64,000 nucleotides of DNA from an uncultured Clostridia bacterium (GTDB lineage: Bacteria; Bacillota; Clostridia; TANB77; CAG-508). Below are positions 19,445 through 29,698 of the stretch, in pieces. The translations under genes were made by a program, and so were the position numbers. Where the stretch lies: assembly GCA_944388045.1 (NCBI GenBank), contig CALXHG010000005.1, positions 5,590-69,589 of the forward strand, written 5' to 3'. Every line of letters starts with the position of its first letter. The stretch's first letter is position 1. The notes under the pieces were generated by a model, which saw only the letters and a program-made list of their open reading frames with translations, was not told where the DNA came from and did no database searches.

Positions 19445-20695
19445 ATGGAGTATATATATATACTAAAGCAAGCATTAATATGGTTATTAACAACATTTTG
19501 GTGTTATCAATTTATAATAAGTTTATGTGCATTAATTAAATTAAAAGATAAAACATATATTGTAAATAAAAATCACAAATTTATGGCAATTATACCAGCA
19601 CACAATGAAGAAAAAGTTGTAGGAAACTTAATAGAAAGTTTAAAAAACCAAACATATGACAAAAATTTATATGATATATATGTAATAGCAGATAATTGTA
19701 CAGATGAAACAGCAAAAATAGCAAAACAAAGTGGTGCAATTGTATATGAAAGATTTGATGAAGCACACAAAACAAAAGGATATGCATTAAAATGGTTTTT
19801 AAAGAAAAAAATAAAAGAAAATGCAGATTATGATGCTTTCTTTGTATTTGATGCAGACAATATAGTAGACAAAAATTTTATAACAAATATGAATAAAAAA
19901 CTATGCCAAGGAGAGGAAGTTGTTCAAGGATATAGAGACATAAAAAATCCAACAGACAATTGGATAACAGCAGGATATGCTCTATTTTACTGGACAATGC
20001 ATAGATTTTATCACTTAGCAAGATATAATATAGGATTATCACCATTACTTAATGGAACAGGATTTATGGTAAAATTTGATGTAGTAAAACCAAATGGCTG
20101 GGAAACAGAAACATTAACAGAAGATATAGAATTTTCCTTAAAACAAATAATTAAAGGAAAAAAACTTGGATGGGCAACAGATGCAATAGTTTATGATGAA
20201 CAACCAACATCATTTAAACAATCATGGTCACAAAGAAGCAGATGGACCGTTGGACATATGCAATGTTTAAAGATATATACAGGACAATTAGCAAAAGCAG
20301 TAAAAGAACATAAAACTTTAATGAATTTTGATGGATTGCTTTATATTGCAGGAACAGCACCAATGCTTGTTATAACATTTGGGCTTATGATTTTAAATTG
20401 CATTATGTATTTGGCTCAAGAAATGTCAACAAGTTTATTTATAATTAATGTATTAAATTATTTAATACCTACATTATTAACACCTATAGCAATATCACTA
20501 GTAGTAATGGTTCTTGAGAAAAAACCAATAAAACCTATGATTAAAGGATTATTATGTTATCCATTATTTATGGGAACATGGGTAATTATAAACTTAAAAT
20601 GTCTATTTAAAAGAGAAACAACTTGGGAGAAAATTGACCATGTTAGAAATATAAAAATTTCTGAAGTAAAAGAAGAAGTACCAGAAAAAATATAA
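19445..20695 (+). CDS. Membrane-integrated family-2 glycosyltransferase (processive synthase-like)
   Basis: IIPAHNEE, DADN, TEDIEFS and QRSRWTVG (QxxRW) motifs, with N- and C-terminal TM segments. Confidence 0.8.
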   Translation: MEYIYILKQALIWLLTTFWCYQFIISLCALIKLKDKTYIVNKNHKFMAIIPAHNEEKVVGNLIESLKNQTYDKNLYDIYVIADNCTDETAKIAKQSGAIVYERFDEAHKTKGYALKWFLKKKIKENADYDAFFVFDADNIVDKNFITNMNKKLCQGEEVVQGYRDIKNPTDNWITAGYALFYWTMHRFYHLARYNIGLSPLLNGTGFMVKFDVVKPNGWETETLTEDIEFSLKQIIKGKKLGWATDAIVYDEQPTSFKQSWSQRSRWTVGHMQCLKIYTGQLAKAVKEHKTLMNFDGLLYIAGTAPMLVITFGLMILNCIMYLAQEMSTSLFIINVLNYLIPTLLTPIAISLVVMVLEKKPIKPMIKGLLCYPLFMGTWVIINLKCLFKRETTWEKIDHVRNIKISEVKEEVPEKI

Positions 20696-20788
20696 AAACA
20701 GTAATTTAAATAAAAAAATTATAAAAATTATATAACAAAATTTAATTTTAAGTTTATTTTTTGTAAACTAAAAAACTTCAATTATAAT

Positions 20789-20811
20789 AAAGACACGAAA
20801 TTCGTGTCTTT
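20789..20811 (+). terminator. Rho-independent terminator
   Basis: AAAGACACGAA/TTCGTGTCTTT hairpin. Confidence 0.6.
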
Positions 20812-20963
20812 ATCGTGGTATAAAAACAATAAAGTTTATATATAATTTTAGTTGTCAAAATATTTACAATTTTAATTGTAAGAAAAATAAAATTAATAAA
20901 AATTCAAATAATACAAAAGTTTTATAAATTAATAAAAATGTATTAATTTAAGAAGGAAGAATT

Positions 20964-21824
20964 ATGAGTTTGGAAAATATAAAAGTTTATGCTTTTGTAG
21001 GACCATCTGGAACAGGGAAAAGCTATAGAGCACAGATGGTGGCAAGTGAAAAAAATATACACTTTATAATAGATGATGGATTATTAATAAAAGATAATCA
21101 AATAATTGCTGGGCTTTCAGCAAAAAAAGCTCCAACAAAAATAGAAACAGTAAAACATGCATTATTTCTAAAAGAAGATGAACAAGAACAAATAGAAAAA
21201 GCATTACAGAAACACAAGCCCTCAAAAATACTAATTTTAGGCACATCAGATGGAATGGTAGAAAAAATTGCATCAAATTTAAAATTACCTAAAATATCAG
21301 AAACAATATATATTAACCAAGTTGCAACAGAAGAAGAAATGAAAACAGCAAGACATATTAGAGAAACAGAAGGAAAACATGTAATACCTGTTCCAACATT
21401 CGAATTAAAAAAAGATTTTTCTGGTTTTATATTAGACCCATTACAAATATTTAAATCAAAAGGAATAGGAAAAAAACCATATATATCAGAAAAAACAATT
21501 ATAAGACCAACATTTAGTTATATGGGAAATTTTACAATATCAGATACTGTCTTTAGACAAATAATTGAACATATAGCAAAAAAAATGCCTAATATATATA
21601 AAGTAATAAAAACAAGAGTTTCTAGTTCAGAAGAAGGAACAAATATATATATGGAAGTAACAGTTGTTTATGGAAGTAATGTAAAAAGCATATTAAAAGA
21701 ATTTAAAGAAAAAGCCAAAAAAGAAATAGAAAATTTAACAGCTATGAATGTTGTATCATTAGAAATAATTGCTAAAAATATATATGTTCCAGAAAAAAAT
21801 ATAGAAATACAAAATTTTAGTTAA
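20964..21824 (+). CDS. P-loop NTPase domain fused to an Asp23/Gls24-family domain
   Basis: Walker A GPSGTGKS at the N-terminus. The C-terminal ~110 aa (ISDTVFRQIIEH...VEVTVVYGSNV...NVVSLEI) resembles Asp23. Confidence 0.6.
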   Translation: MSLENIKVYAFVGPSGTGKSYRAQMVASEKNIHFIIDDGLLIKDNQIIAGLSAKKAPTKIETVKHALFLKEDEQEQIEKALQKHKPSKILILGTSDGMVEKIASNLKLPKISETIYINQVATEEEMKTARHIRETEGKHVIPVPTFELKKDFSGFILDPLQIFKSKGIGKKPYISEKTIIRPTFSYMGNFTISDTVFRQIIEHIAKKMPNIYKVIKTRVSSSEEGTNIYMEVTVVYGSNVKSILKEFKEKAKKEIENLTAMNVVSLEIIAKNIYVPEKNIEIQNFS

Positions 21825-21843
21825 ATAAAATTGTCTGAAAGGA

Positions 21844-22455
21844 ATGGAAAAATTGATGGACAAAATAAAGATGTTTTTTAAACAAATAATAAGAATTATA
21901 GTAAGATCTGCAATAAGACTATATTTTATAGTTGTATATAGAGTAAAAGTGTTAGGAAGAGAAAATATTCCTACAGACAAAAAAGAGCCACTAATATTTT
22001 GTGGAAATCACAGAACATATAATGACCCACCACTAATAGTAGTAACAGCTAAAAGACATGTTAGATTTTTAGCCAAAGAAGAACTTAGAAAAAATAAATT
22101 ATTCGCATTTTTAGGAGTTGTTTTTGATGGAATCTATGTAAAAAGAGACTCAAAAGATGTTGGAGCATTAAAAACAACACTTAAAGCATTAAAAAATCAT
22201 GAAAGTATAGCTCTTTTTCCAGAAGGAACAAGACATGGTATAGAAAAAGGACAAAAAGCAAAAGATGGTGCTGCATTTTTTGCTGTTAAAACAGGAGCTA
22301 GAGTTATACCAGTTGGAATTAGTGGAGGAGAAAAGCCATTTAAACAAATGACAATTAGATATGGCAAACCAATGGATTTTAGTAATAGAAGTAAAGATGA
22401 ATTAGATGAAATAACAGAAGAAATAATGGAAGAAATAATAAAATTAACAAAATAA
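21844..22455 (+). CDS. plsC: 1-acyl-sn-glycerol-3-phosphate acyltransferase
   Basis: NHRTYNDP (HX4D) and FPEGTR motifs. Start ambiguous (21844 or 21856). Confidence 0.8.
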   Translation: MEKLMDKIKMFFKQIIRIIVRSAIRLYFIVVYRVKVLGRENIPTDKKEPLIFCGNHRTYNDPPLIVVTAKRHVRFLAKEELRKNKLFAFLGVVFDGIYVKRDSKDVGALKTTLKALKNHESIALFPEGTRHGIEKGQKAKDGAAFFAVKTGARVIPVGISGGEKPFKQMTIRYGKPMDFSNRSKDELDEITEEIMEEIIKLTK

Positions 22456-22568
22456 AAATGATAAATTCAAAAATTAAGAATTGTAAATTATTCAATTAAA
22501 TAACTAAAGAGAGAAAAATAGATATAAAAATAATCAAGTAAGAAATAAAGGGAAGGAAATGAAACAAA

Positions 22569-24392
22569 ATGAATAACGAAAAAATAAGAAATATAGCAAT
22601 AATTGCACACGTAGACCATGGAAAAACAACATTAGTAGATGCTTTACTAAAACAAAGCCATGTATTTAGAGAAAATGAACAAGTACAAGAAAGAGTAATG
22701 GACTCAAATGACCAAGAAAAAGAAAGAGGAATAACAATATTAGCAAAAAATACAGCAGTAATGTATAATGACATAAAAATAAACATAGTAGATACACCAG
22801 GACATGCTGACTTTGGAGGAGAAGTAGAAAGAGTATTAAAAACAGTTGATGGAGTACTTTTATTAGTAGATGCATTTGAAGGAGCAATGCCACAAACAAG
22901 AGAAGTACTAAAAAAATCACTTGCATTAAATTTAAAACCAATTGTAGTTATAAATAAAATAGATAGACCAGGAGCAGAGCCACAAAAAGTATTAGATGAA
23001 GTAATGGAACTATTTATTGAATTAGAAGCAAATGATGATCAACTAGATTTTCCAGTAGTATACACATCAGCAAAAAATGGAGTAGCAAAAATGAATTTAT
23101 CAGATCCAGATGGAGATATGTCATGTTTATTTGAAACAATAATAAAAACAATAAATCCACCAGCATGTGATGAAAATGGAACAATGCAAATGCTAGTTTC
23201 AAACATAGATTATGATGACTATGTTGGAAGAATTGCAGTAGGAAGACTAGAAAGAGGAATAATAAAATCTGGAATGCCAGTAAGTATATGTGAAAAAGAA
23301 GATAAAATATCACAAGGAAGAATTTCAAAAGTATATACACATATGGGACTTAAAAAAGTAGAAGTTGAAGAAGCAAAAGCTGGAGATATAATCGAGATTG
23401 CAGGAATTCCACAAATTCATATTGGAGACACAATATGTGACTTTGAACATCCAGAAAAAATACCATTTGTAGATATAGACCAACCAACAATATCTATGAC
23501 ATTTAGTGTAAATAATGGACCATTTGCAGGAAGAGAAGGACAATTTATTACATCAAGACATTTAAGAGATAGATTATTTAAAGAATTAGACAGAAATGTA
23601 AGTTTAAGAGTAGAAGAAACATCATCACCAGATTCATTTATAGTATCAGGTAGAGGAGAATTACACCTTTCTGTATTAATAGAAACAATGAGAAGAGAAG
23701 GATATGAATTATTAGTATCTAGACCAAAAGTAATAATAAAAGAAATTGATGGAGTAAAATGTGAACCAATAGAAAGATTAGTTGTAAATGTACCAGATGA
23801 TTGTGTAGGAAATGTTATAGAAAAATTAGGTAGACGTAAAGCAGAAATGGTAAATATGGAACCAGCAGAAGCAGGACATACAAAAATAGAATTTAAAATT
23901 CCATCAAGAGGCTTAATAGGATATAGAACAGAATTTTTAACAGACACAAAAGGTGAAGGAACTATGAATAGTATATTTGATTCATATGAGCCATATAAAG
24001 GAGATATAGTTGCAAGAACAAGAGGAACAATAGTTGCATTTGAAAATGGAACATCAATAACATATGGATTATATAATGCTCAAGATAAAGGAGAATTATT
24101 TATAGGACCTGGTGTAGATGTATATGAAGGAATGATAGTTGGAATTAATTCAAGAGGAGAAGATTTAGCAATAAATGTATGTAAAGAAAAACATCTTACA
24201 AATACAAGAGCATCAGGCTCAGATGATGCATTACATTTAGTACCACCAATTCAAATGTCATTAGAAAAAGCATTAGAATTTATACAAGATGATGAACTTG
24301 TTGAAGTAACACCAAAATCTATAAGATTAAGAAAGAAAATTTTAAATAACAAAGATAGAGAAAGAGCAGCAAGAAATTCTGCAAAAGCATAA
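22569..24392 (+). CDS. typA: Translational GTPase TypA/BipA
   Basis: AHVDHGKTT, DTPGHADF and NKID G-motifs, 607 aa, collinear with BipA. Confidence 0.95.
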   Translation: MNNEKIRNIAIIAHVDHGKTTLVDALLKQSHVFRENEQVQERVMDSNDQEKERGITILAKNTAVMYNDIKINIVDTPGHADFGGEVERVLKTVDGVLLLVDAFEGAMPQTREVLKKSLALNLKPIVVINKIDRPGAEPQKVLDEVMELFIELEANDDQLDFPVVYTSAKNGVAKMNLSDPDGDMSCLFETIIKTINPPACDENGTMQMLVSNIDYDDYVGRIAVGRLERGIIKSGMPVSICEKEDKISQGRISKVYTHMGLKKVEVEEAKAGDIIEIAGIPQIHIGDTICDFEHPEKIPFVDIDQPTISMTFSVNNGPFAGREGQFITSRHLRDRLFKELDRNVSLRVEETSSPDSFIVSGRGELHLSVLIETMRREGYELLVSRPKVIIKEIDGVKCEPIERLVVNVPDDCVGNVIEKLGRRKAEMVNMEPAEAGHTKIEFKIPSRGLIGYRTEFLTDTKGEGTMNSIFDSYEPYKGDIVARTRGTIVAFENGTSITYGLYNAQDKGELFIGPGVDVYEGMIVGINSRGEDLAINVCKEKHLTNTRASGSDDALHLVPPIQMSLEKALEFIQDDELVEVTPKSIRLRKKILNNKDRERAARNSAKA

Positions 24393-24437
24393 ATTTAAAA
24401 ACAAAAAATAAAATTTAGCAAAGTTACTTATAATTAA

Positions 24438-24498
24438 AGGTTGTATAATAAATATTTTAGTAATTTCTTAATAACACTAACATTTTATTATACAACCT
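24438..24498 (+). terminator. Long-loop hairpin after typA
   Basis: AGGTTGTATAATAAA / TTTATTATACAACCT arms. Two more small hairpins follow (24520-24548 and 24562-24588). Confidence 0.45.
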
Positions 24499-24615
24499 AA
24501 ATATATTTTTATACAATAGGAGAATTTTTCTATTGTATTATAATACTACAAGCGTTATTAGTTTGAGTTTAAAACTCAAATTGTAAAAAAATTATAGAAA
24601 TAAAAAGGATAAAAA

Positions 24616-25209
24616 ATGAACAAAGAAGAATTAAATAAAATAAAAGAGAAAGCACTAGAAGAACACATACCAATAATTATGGATGATACATTAGAAGTTG
24701 TAGATAAAATTTTAAAAGAAGTAAAACCTAATAGAATACTAGAAATTGGAACTGCTGTTGGATATTCTGCAATTTGTTTTTCTGAATACTTGCAAAAAAA
24801 TGGAGTTATTGATACAATTGAAAGGGAAGAACAAAGAGTTAAAGAAGCAAAAATAAATATAGAAAAAGTTGGAGTTTCTGATAAAATAAATATTTACGAA
24901 GGTGATGCAGTAGAAATATTACCAACATTAAATGAAAAATATGATGTTGTTTTTATTGATGCAGCTAAAGGAAAATATCCATTTTTTTTAAAAGAAGCAT
25001 TGCGAATGTTAAAACCTACAGGAGTGATATTAGCTGATAATATTTTGTATAAAGGCTATGTTATGAGTGATTATAATAAACATAAACAACGTACAGCAGT
25101 TAGAAATTTGAGGGAATATATTAAAGAAGTTACAGAAAATCCAGATATTGAAACAGAAATTTTAGAAGTTGGAGATGGGCTAGCTATTAGTAAATACAAA
25201 AAGAAGTAA
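24616..25209 (+). CDS. Class I SAM-dependent O-methyltransferase (YrrM/TrmR-like)
   Basis: ILEIGTAVGYS SAM-binding motif and FIDAAKG, about 197 aa. Confidence 0.75.
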   Translation: MNKEELNKIKEKALEEHIPIIMDDTLEVVDKILKEVKPNRILEIGTAVGYSAICFSEYLQKNGVIDTIEREEQRVKEAKINIEKVGVSDKINIYEGDAVEILPTLNEKYDVVFIDAAKGKYPFFLKEALRMLKPTGVILADNILYKGYVMSDYNKHKQRTAVRNLREYIKEVTENPDIETEILEVGDGLAISKYKKK

Positions 25210-25286
25210 AATTTTATAAATTATGATTTTTATATTTCAAATTATATATATTAATATCAAAAAATTTTTTATAAAAGGGGGTACTT

Positions 25287-27224
25287 ATGAAAATAAAAAA
25301 ATTTTTATTTACAATTTTGTTCGCAATTTTTATTTTATTAATTTCACAGAATAAAGTAGATGCAACTTTAGAACTTAATAATTTAGACTTTGACGTACAA
25401 ATAAATTCTGATGGAAGTATGGATGTAACAGAAACATGGGATATTTATGTGAGTGACACAAATACTTTATTTAAAAATTTTGAGAGAGATTCATCAAAAT
25501 ATTCTAATATAATTGATGTAACAGTTAAAGAAATAACAAAAGGTAAAAATAAAGAATTTAGTCAAATATATGAAGAAATGTATCATGTTACAAAAGACTG
25601 TTATTATGCACTAAATAAAACAGACGGAAAATTTGAAATTGCATGGGGAGTTGGATTAGATAATAGTTCAGATGAAAGAGTGTACCAAATTTCATATAAA
25701 GTAGTTGATGCAATTGCAAAATATAATGATTATGCCGAAATTTATTGGCAATTTGTAGGGTCGGATTTTGAAATACCAGCAGATAAAGTTACTGGAACAA
25801 TTTTATTGCCAGACAATGCTGAAAATATACAAGATATTTTAGTTTGGGGACATACAGAAGATTTAAATGGAGATATAAATGTTACAGGTTTAAATGAAAT
25901 ATCATTTGAAATTTCAAAATATAGAGGAAATTGTTATATTGAAGTAAGATCATTATTTCCAAAAACAATGGTTGGAAATTTAAACAGAACATATAATTAT
26001 GATGTTTATGATAAAGTATTGCAAGAAGAAACTGTTTGGGCAAATGAAGCGAATGAAAGAAGAGAAGCTCGTGAAAAAGCACAAGAAAACACTATGAAAA
26101 TAATGCTTATAACAATAAGTGTTATATTTGGAGTAATTTTAATAATCTCAATTATTAATTTTATTAAAAATTTGAAAAAAATAACTAATATGGAGAAAAA
26201 ATATATTCCTACAACTGAATATGAATATTTTAGAGAATTACCATATAAAGATGCAACACCTGCAGAGGCATTATTTATAAAAAGTGAATGTAGTGATGCA
26301 AGTTTTACAAGTAGTTTTGCTGCAAATATTTTAGATTTGTGTTTAGAAAAATATATTTCATTAGAAGTAATAGAAGAAAAGTCAATTTTATCTGATGGGG
26401 TTATAAAAATTACACTATTAAATAAGCCAAAAGATAATTTAAAATTAGATGAAAAACTAACATTAAACTTTCTTGAAGATGTATCAATAGATGGAAAAGA
26501 TTTAACCACAAAAGATATTACAAGATATTTGAGAAAAAGACCAAGCAAAATAACAAGTTTAGATAAAGATCTAAATACAATAATTACAAATGTTGAGAAA
26601 AATGCTGGTAAATTTGATGATAAAAAGAAAAAAGAAAAGGAAAAATTCCAAAACCAAAAAATGTTTAATTATATTACTTTAATTCTATTATTATCACTTG
26701 GACTACCTTTGATTGGATTAACTTTGATTACATTTAGTAACTATGCAAATTCGAAAATAGTGTTGATGTGTATATGTACTGCAATTGCATTAATAGTAAA
26801 TGCAATATTATCAAGTATTATCACAAAAAGAATAAATGTTTTAACACAAGAAGGTGTAGATGAAAAAAATAAGTGGGATGCATTTGAAAAATTTATGGAA
26901 GATTTTTCTATGTTAGACCAAAAAGAAATACCAGATGTAGTATTATGGGAAAAATATTTAGTATTTGCAACAGCATTTGGAATATCTGAAAAAGTTCTAA
27001 AACAATTAAAAGTTGTTTATCCACAAATTGATGACATAAATTCACCTATATATAGTTCATTTGCATATATACATATTATGAATTCAGTAAATATTGGAAC
27101 ATGTGTTAGCTCATCTGTATATTCTGGAACATACTCATCAGGAAGTGGTTCTGGAGGAGGATTCTCTGGCGGAGGCGGAGGAGGCCGGTGGCCGGCGGCG
27201 GCGGCGGAGGTCGCTAAAACATAA
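25287..27224 (+). CDS. DUF2207-family membrane protein with glycine-rich C-terminus
   Basis: Signal/TM segment, large extracellular domain, internal TM segments, terminal SGSGSGGGFSGGGGGG. The last ~15 codons may be frameshifted. Confidence 0.7.
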   Translation: MKIKKFLFTILFAIFILLISQNKVDATLELNNLDFDVQINSDGSMDVTETWDIYVSDTNTLFKNFERDSSKYSNIIDVTVKEITKGKNKEFSQIYEEMYHVTKDCYYALNKTDGKFEIAWGVGLDNSSDERVYQISYKVVDAIAKYNDYAEIYWQFVGSDFEIPADKVTGTILLPDNAENIQDILVWGHTEDLNGDINVTGLNEISFEISKYRGNCYIEVRSLFPKTMVGNLNRTYNYDVYDKVLQEETVWANEANERREAREKAQENTMKIMLITISVIFGVILIISIINFIKNLKKITNMEKKYIPTTEYEYFRELPYKDATPAEALFIKSECSDASFTSSFAANILDLCLEKYISLEVIEEKSILSDGVIKITLLNKPKDNLKLDEKLTLNFLEDVSIDGKDLTTKDITRYLRKRPSKITSLDKDLNTIITNVEKNAGKFDDKKKKEKEKFQNQKMFNYITLILLLSLGLPLIGLTLITFSNYANSKIVLMCICTAIALIVNAILSSIITKRINVLTQEGVDEKNKWDAFEKFMEDFSMLDQKEIPDVVLWEKYLVFATAFGISEKVLKQLKVVYPQIDDINSPIYSSFAYIHIMNSVNIGTCVSSSVYSGTYSSGSGSGGGFSGGGGGGRWPAAAAEVAKT

Positions 27225-27231
27225 AACTCTA

Positions 27232-27270
27232 AAAAAATTCATTGAAAACTAAGCTTTCAATGAATTTTTT
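27232..27270 (+). terminator. Rho-independent terminator
   Basis: AAAAAATTCATTGAAA / TTTCAATGAATTTTTT. Confidence 0.7.
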
Positions 27271-27304
27271 CTTGAATAGGAAAAATCGATTTTTCCTATT
27301 CAAG
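27271..27304. repeat. Perfect 34-bp palindrome CTTGAATAGGAAAAATCGATTTTTCCTATTCAAG
   Basis: Fully self-complementary around TCGA. Lies between convergent genes. Confidence 0.9.
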
Positions 27305-27404
27305 AAAAGAGCTTCGCTCAAACGGATGCACACAAATTTTACTTTGTAAAATTTGGCGCACGAACAATAACGCGGGCTTTGAAATATTATAAACTTATAA
27401 AATG

Positions 27405-28301
27405 TTAAAAGAAGCCCGCTATTGTTCTAATAATTAACTTCATATCTAAAGGAAGTTCGCAATCAATACTTAAAGTTTTATGAGTAATAGGATGAATAAA
27501 AGAAATATGATTACAATGTAATGCTTGCCTATTAATTATAGATGATTTAGAACCATATAAAGAATCTCCAATTAAAGGATGACCAATTGCCATAAAATGA
27601 ACTCTAATTTGATGAGTTCTTCCAGTTTGAAGAGAACATTTTACTATAGATATTGCATCAGACAATTCTTTTAAAACTTCATAATGAGTTATAGCATTTT
27701 TTCCGTTAGGAGAAACACATCTTTCGATTATACTATTTTCTTTTCTATCAATAGGTAAATTTATAGTTCCAACTTTTTTATCTAAAATTCCAGAAACAAT
27801 AGCAGTATATTCTTTTTTAAACTGATTTTCGTTCATTTGTCTAATTAAACATTCCTGAATATATTCGTTTTTTGCAAAAACTATTATTCCCGAAGTATTT
27901 AAATCCAGTCTGTTTACAGGTCTAATTTTTTTCTTAAGACCAATTAAGTCAAAGTAATATCTAACACCATTAGATATGCTATCATCAAAATGTAAAATAG
28001 AAGGATGAACAGCAATGCCAGCAGGTTTGTTTAAAATCAATAAACAATCATCTTCAAATAAGATATCTAAATTCATTTTAACAGGAACTATATTATCATT
28101 TTCTTCTTCATAATTTAAATCAACTTTTATAATATTTCCAATTTTTACTTCAGAACGTGTATCAACTGCTATATCATCTAAAGAAACTAGATGATTTGAA
28201 ATAACTTTATTTATTAATCTTCCAGATAATTTGAATTCTTGCTTTAAAATTTGATTTATATTCGAATATCTATAATCTGTAACTTTATATTCTAAAAACA
28301 T
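27405..28301 (-). CDS. RluA-family (RluD-like) 23S rRNA pseudouridine synthase
   Basis: An S4-like N-terminus, then the HRLD-type NRLDLNTSG and GRTHQIRVH motifs. ATG 28301 preferred (GGTG RBS). Confidence 0.85.
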   Translation of the reverse strand: MFLEYKVTDYRYSNINQILKQEFKLSGRLINKVISNHLVSLDDIAVDTRSEVKIGNIIKVDLNYEEENDNIVPVKMNLDILFEDDCLLILNKPAGIAVHPSILHFDDSISNGVRYYFDLIGLKKKIRPVNRLDLNTSGIIVFAKNEYIQECLIRQMNENQFKKEYTAIVSGILDKKVGTINLPIDRKENSIIERCVSPNGKNAITHYEVLKELSDAISIVKCSLQTGRTHQIRVHFMAIGHPLIGDSLYGSKSSIINRQALHCNHISFIHPITHKTLSIDCELPLDMKLIIRTIAGFF

Positions 28302-28471
28302 TAAAATCACCAAAAATATTTTATAATGTTTTAGTTAAATAGTCAAATATATATAAATCAATTAAATATCTTGAAATTTTGTGTTTTATATTGTAAAATA
28401 TTTTTGGTGTGTAAGTTTATAAATTTTAGAAGAATAAAAACATATAGATTTTAAAAGATAAGGAAAGTGAT

Positions 28472-29095
28472 TTGATTTTGAAAATAATAAATATATTTAA
28501 ACATACAAGAGTTGTACTAAAACATAAGTGGGTAGTATTTAAATTATGTTGCAAAATAGGAATACCATGGAGAGGATTTTTACATGATTTTTCTAAATTT
28601 TCTCCAGAAGAATTTTGGGAAAGTGTAAAATATTTTAATGGACATAAAAGCCCTATTATAGTATGCAAAATGGAAAATGGATATTCAAAAGCATGGTTAC
28701 ACCACAAAGGTAGAAATAAACATCATCCAGAATATTGGACAGATTTAGCATTACCAGAGCAAGCAGTAATAATGCCATATAAATATTCTGCAGAAATGGT
28801 ATGTGACAAAATGGCAGCAGGAATTGTATACGAGGGGAAAAATTGGACACCAAGTACAGAAATAAATTATTATATGAAAGAAAGAGAAAATGAATTAATA
28901 AATCCACAAATGGATAAATTTATGATAGAGGTATTTACTCAAGTTGAAAAAGAAGGACTAAATAAAACATTTACAAAACAAAATATTAAAAAAATATATA
29001 ACAAATATTGCAGTAGAACGGAGAAATTAGATGAGAATAAGGTTAAAAAAATGGGCAAGACCAGAATTAGAAGCAAGCAAATTTTACATAGATAA
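28472..29095 (+). CDS. DUF5662-family protein
   Basis: [10 protein letters not shown]....GFLHDFSKF...[15 protein letters not shown] is the conserved pattern. The 3' end overlaps trmB by 65 nt. Confidence 0.6.
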   Translation: MILKIINIFKHTRVVLKHKWVVFKLCCKIGIPWRGFLHDFSKFSPEEFWESVKYFNGHKSPIIVCKMENGYSKAWLHHKGRNKHHPEYWTDLALPEQAVIMPYKYSAEMVCDKMAAGIVYEGKNWTPSTEINYYMKERENELINPQMDKFMIEVFTQVEKEGLNKTFTKQNIKKIYNKYCSRTEKLDENKVKKMGKTRIRSKQILHR

Positions 29096-29690
29096 TCCAG
29101 AAGAAATAAAAGGTAAATGGAAAGAACAATTTAAAAATAAAGAAAATCCAATTTATTTAGAACTAGGATGTGGAAAAGGAAAATTTATATCGCAATTAGC
29201 ATTACAAAATCCACAAATAAATTATATAGCAATAGATTTAGTGGATGCAATGCTAGGCTTAGCAAAAAGAGAAATTGAACAAAGATATAGTCAAGAACAA
29301 AAAGAAATAGATAATGTAATATTAACAAGATTTGATATACAAAGAATAGATTTTATATTATCAAAAGAAGATGATATAAAACGAATATATATAAATTTTT
29401 GCAATCCATGGCCAAAAGGAAAACATAGAAAAAAGAGATTAACACATACAAGACAATTAGAAAAATATAAAAATTTCTTATCAGAAAATGCAGAAATATA
29501 TTTTAAAACAGATGATGATGATTTATTTAGAGCAAGCTTAGGATATTTTGAAGAAGCAGGCTTCAAAATAATAGCAAAAAGTTATGACTTGCATAAAGAG
29601 CCAATATGGGAAAATAACATAGAAACAGAACATGAAAAAATGTTTAGTGAACAAGGCATAAAAATAAAAGCACTAATAGCTAAAATATAG
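29031..29690 (+). CDS. trmB: tRNA (guanine46-N7)-methyltransferase
   Basis: MRIRLKKWA start, [13 protein letters not shown] motif, FCNPWPK, HEKMF. Confidence 0.9.
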   Translation: MRIRLKKWARPELEASKFYIDNPEEIKGKWKEQFKNKENPIYLELGCGKGKFISQLALQNPQINYIAIDLVDAMLGLAKREIEQRYSQEQKEIDNVILTRFDIQRIDFILSKEDDIKRIYINFCNPWPKGKHRKKRLTHTRQLEKYKNFLSENAEIYFKTDDDDLFRASLGYFEEAGFKIIAKSYDLHKEPIWENNIETEHEKMFSEQGIKIKALIAKI

Positions 29691-29698
29691 GGGTAATT

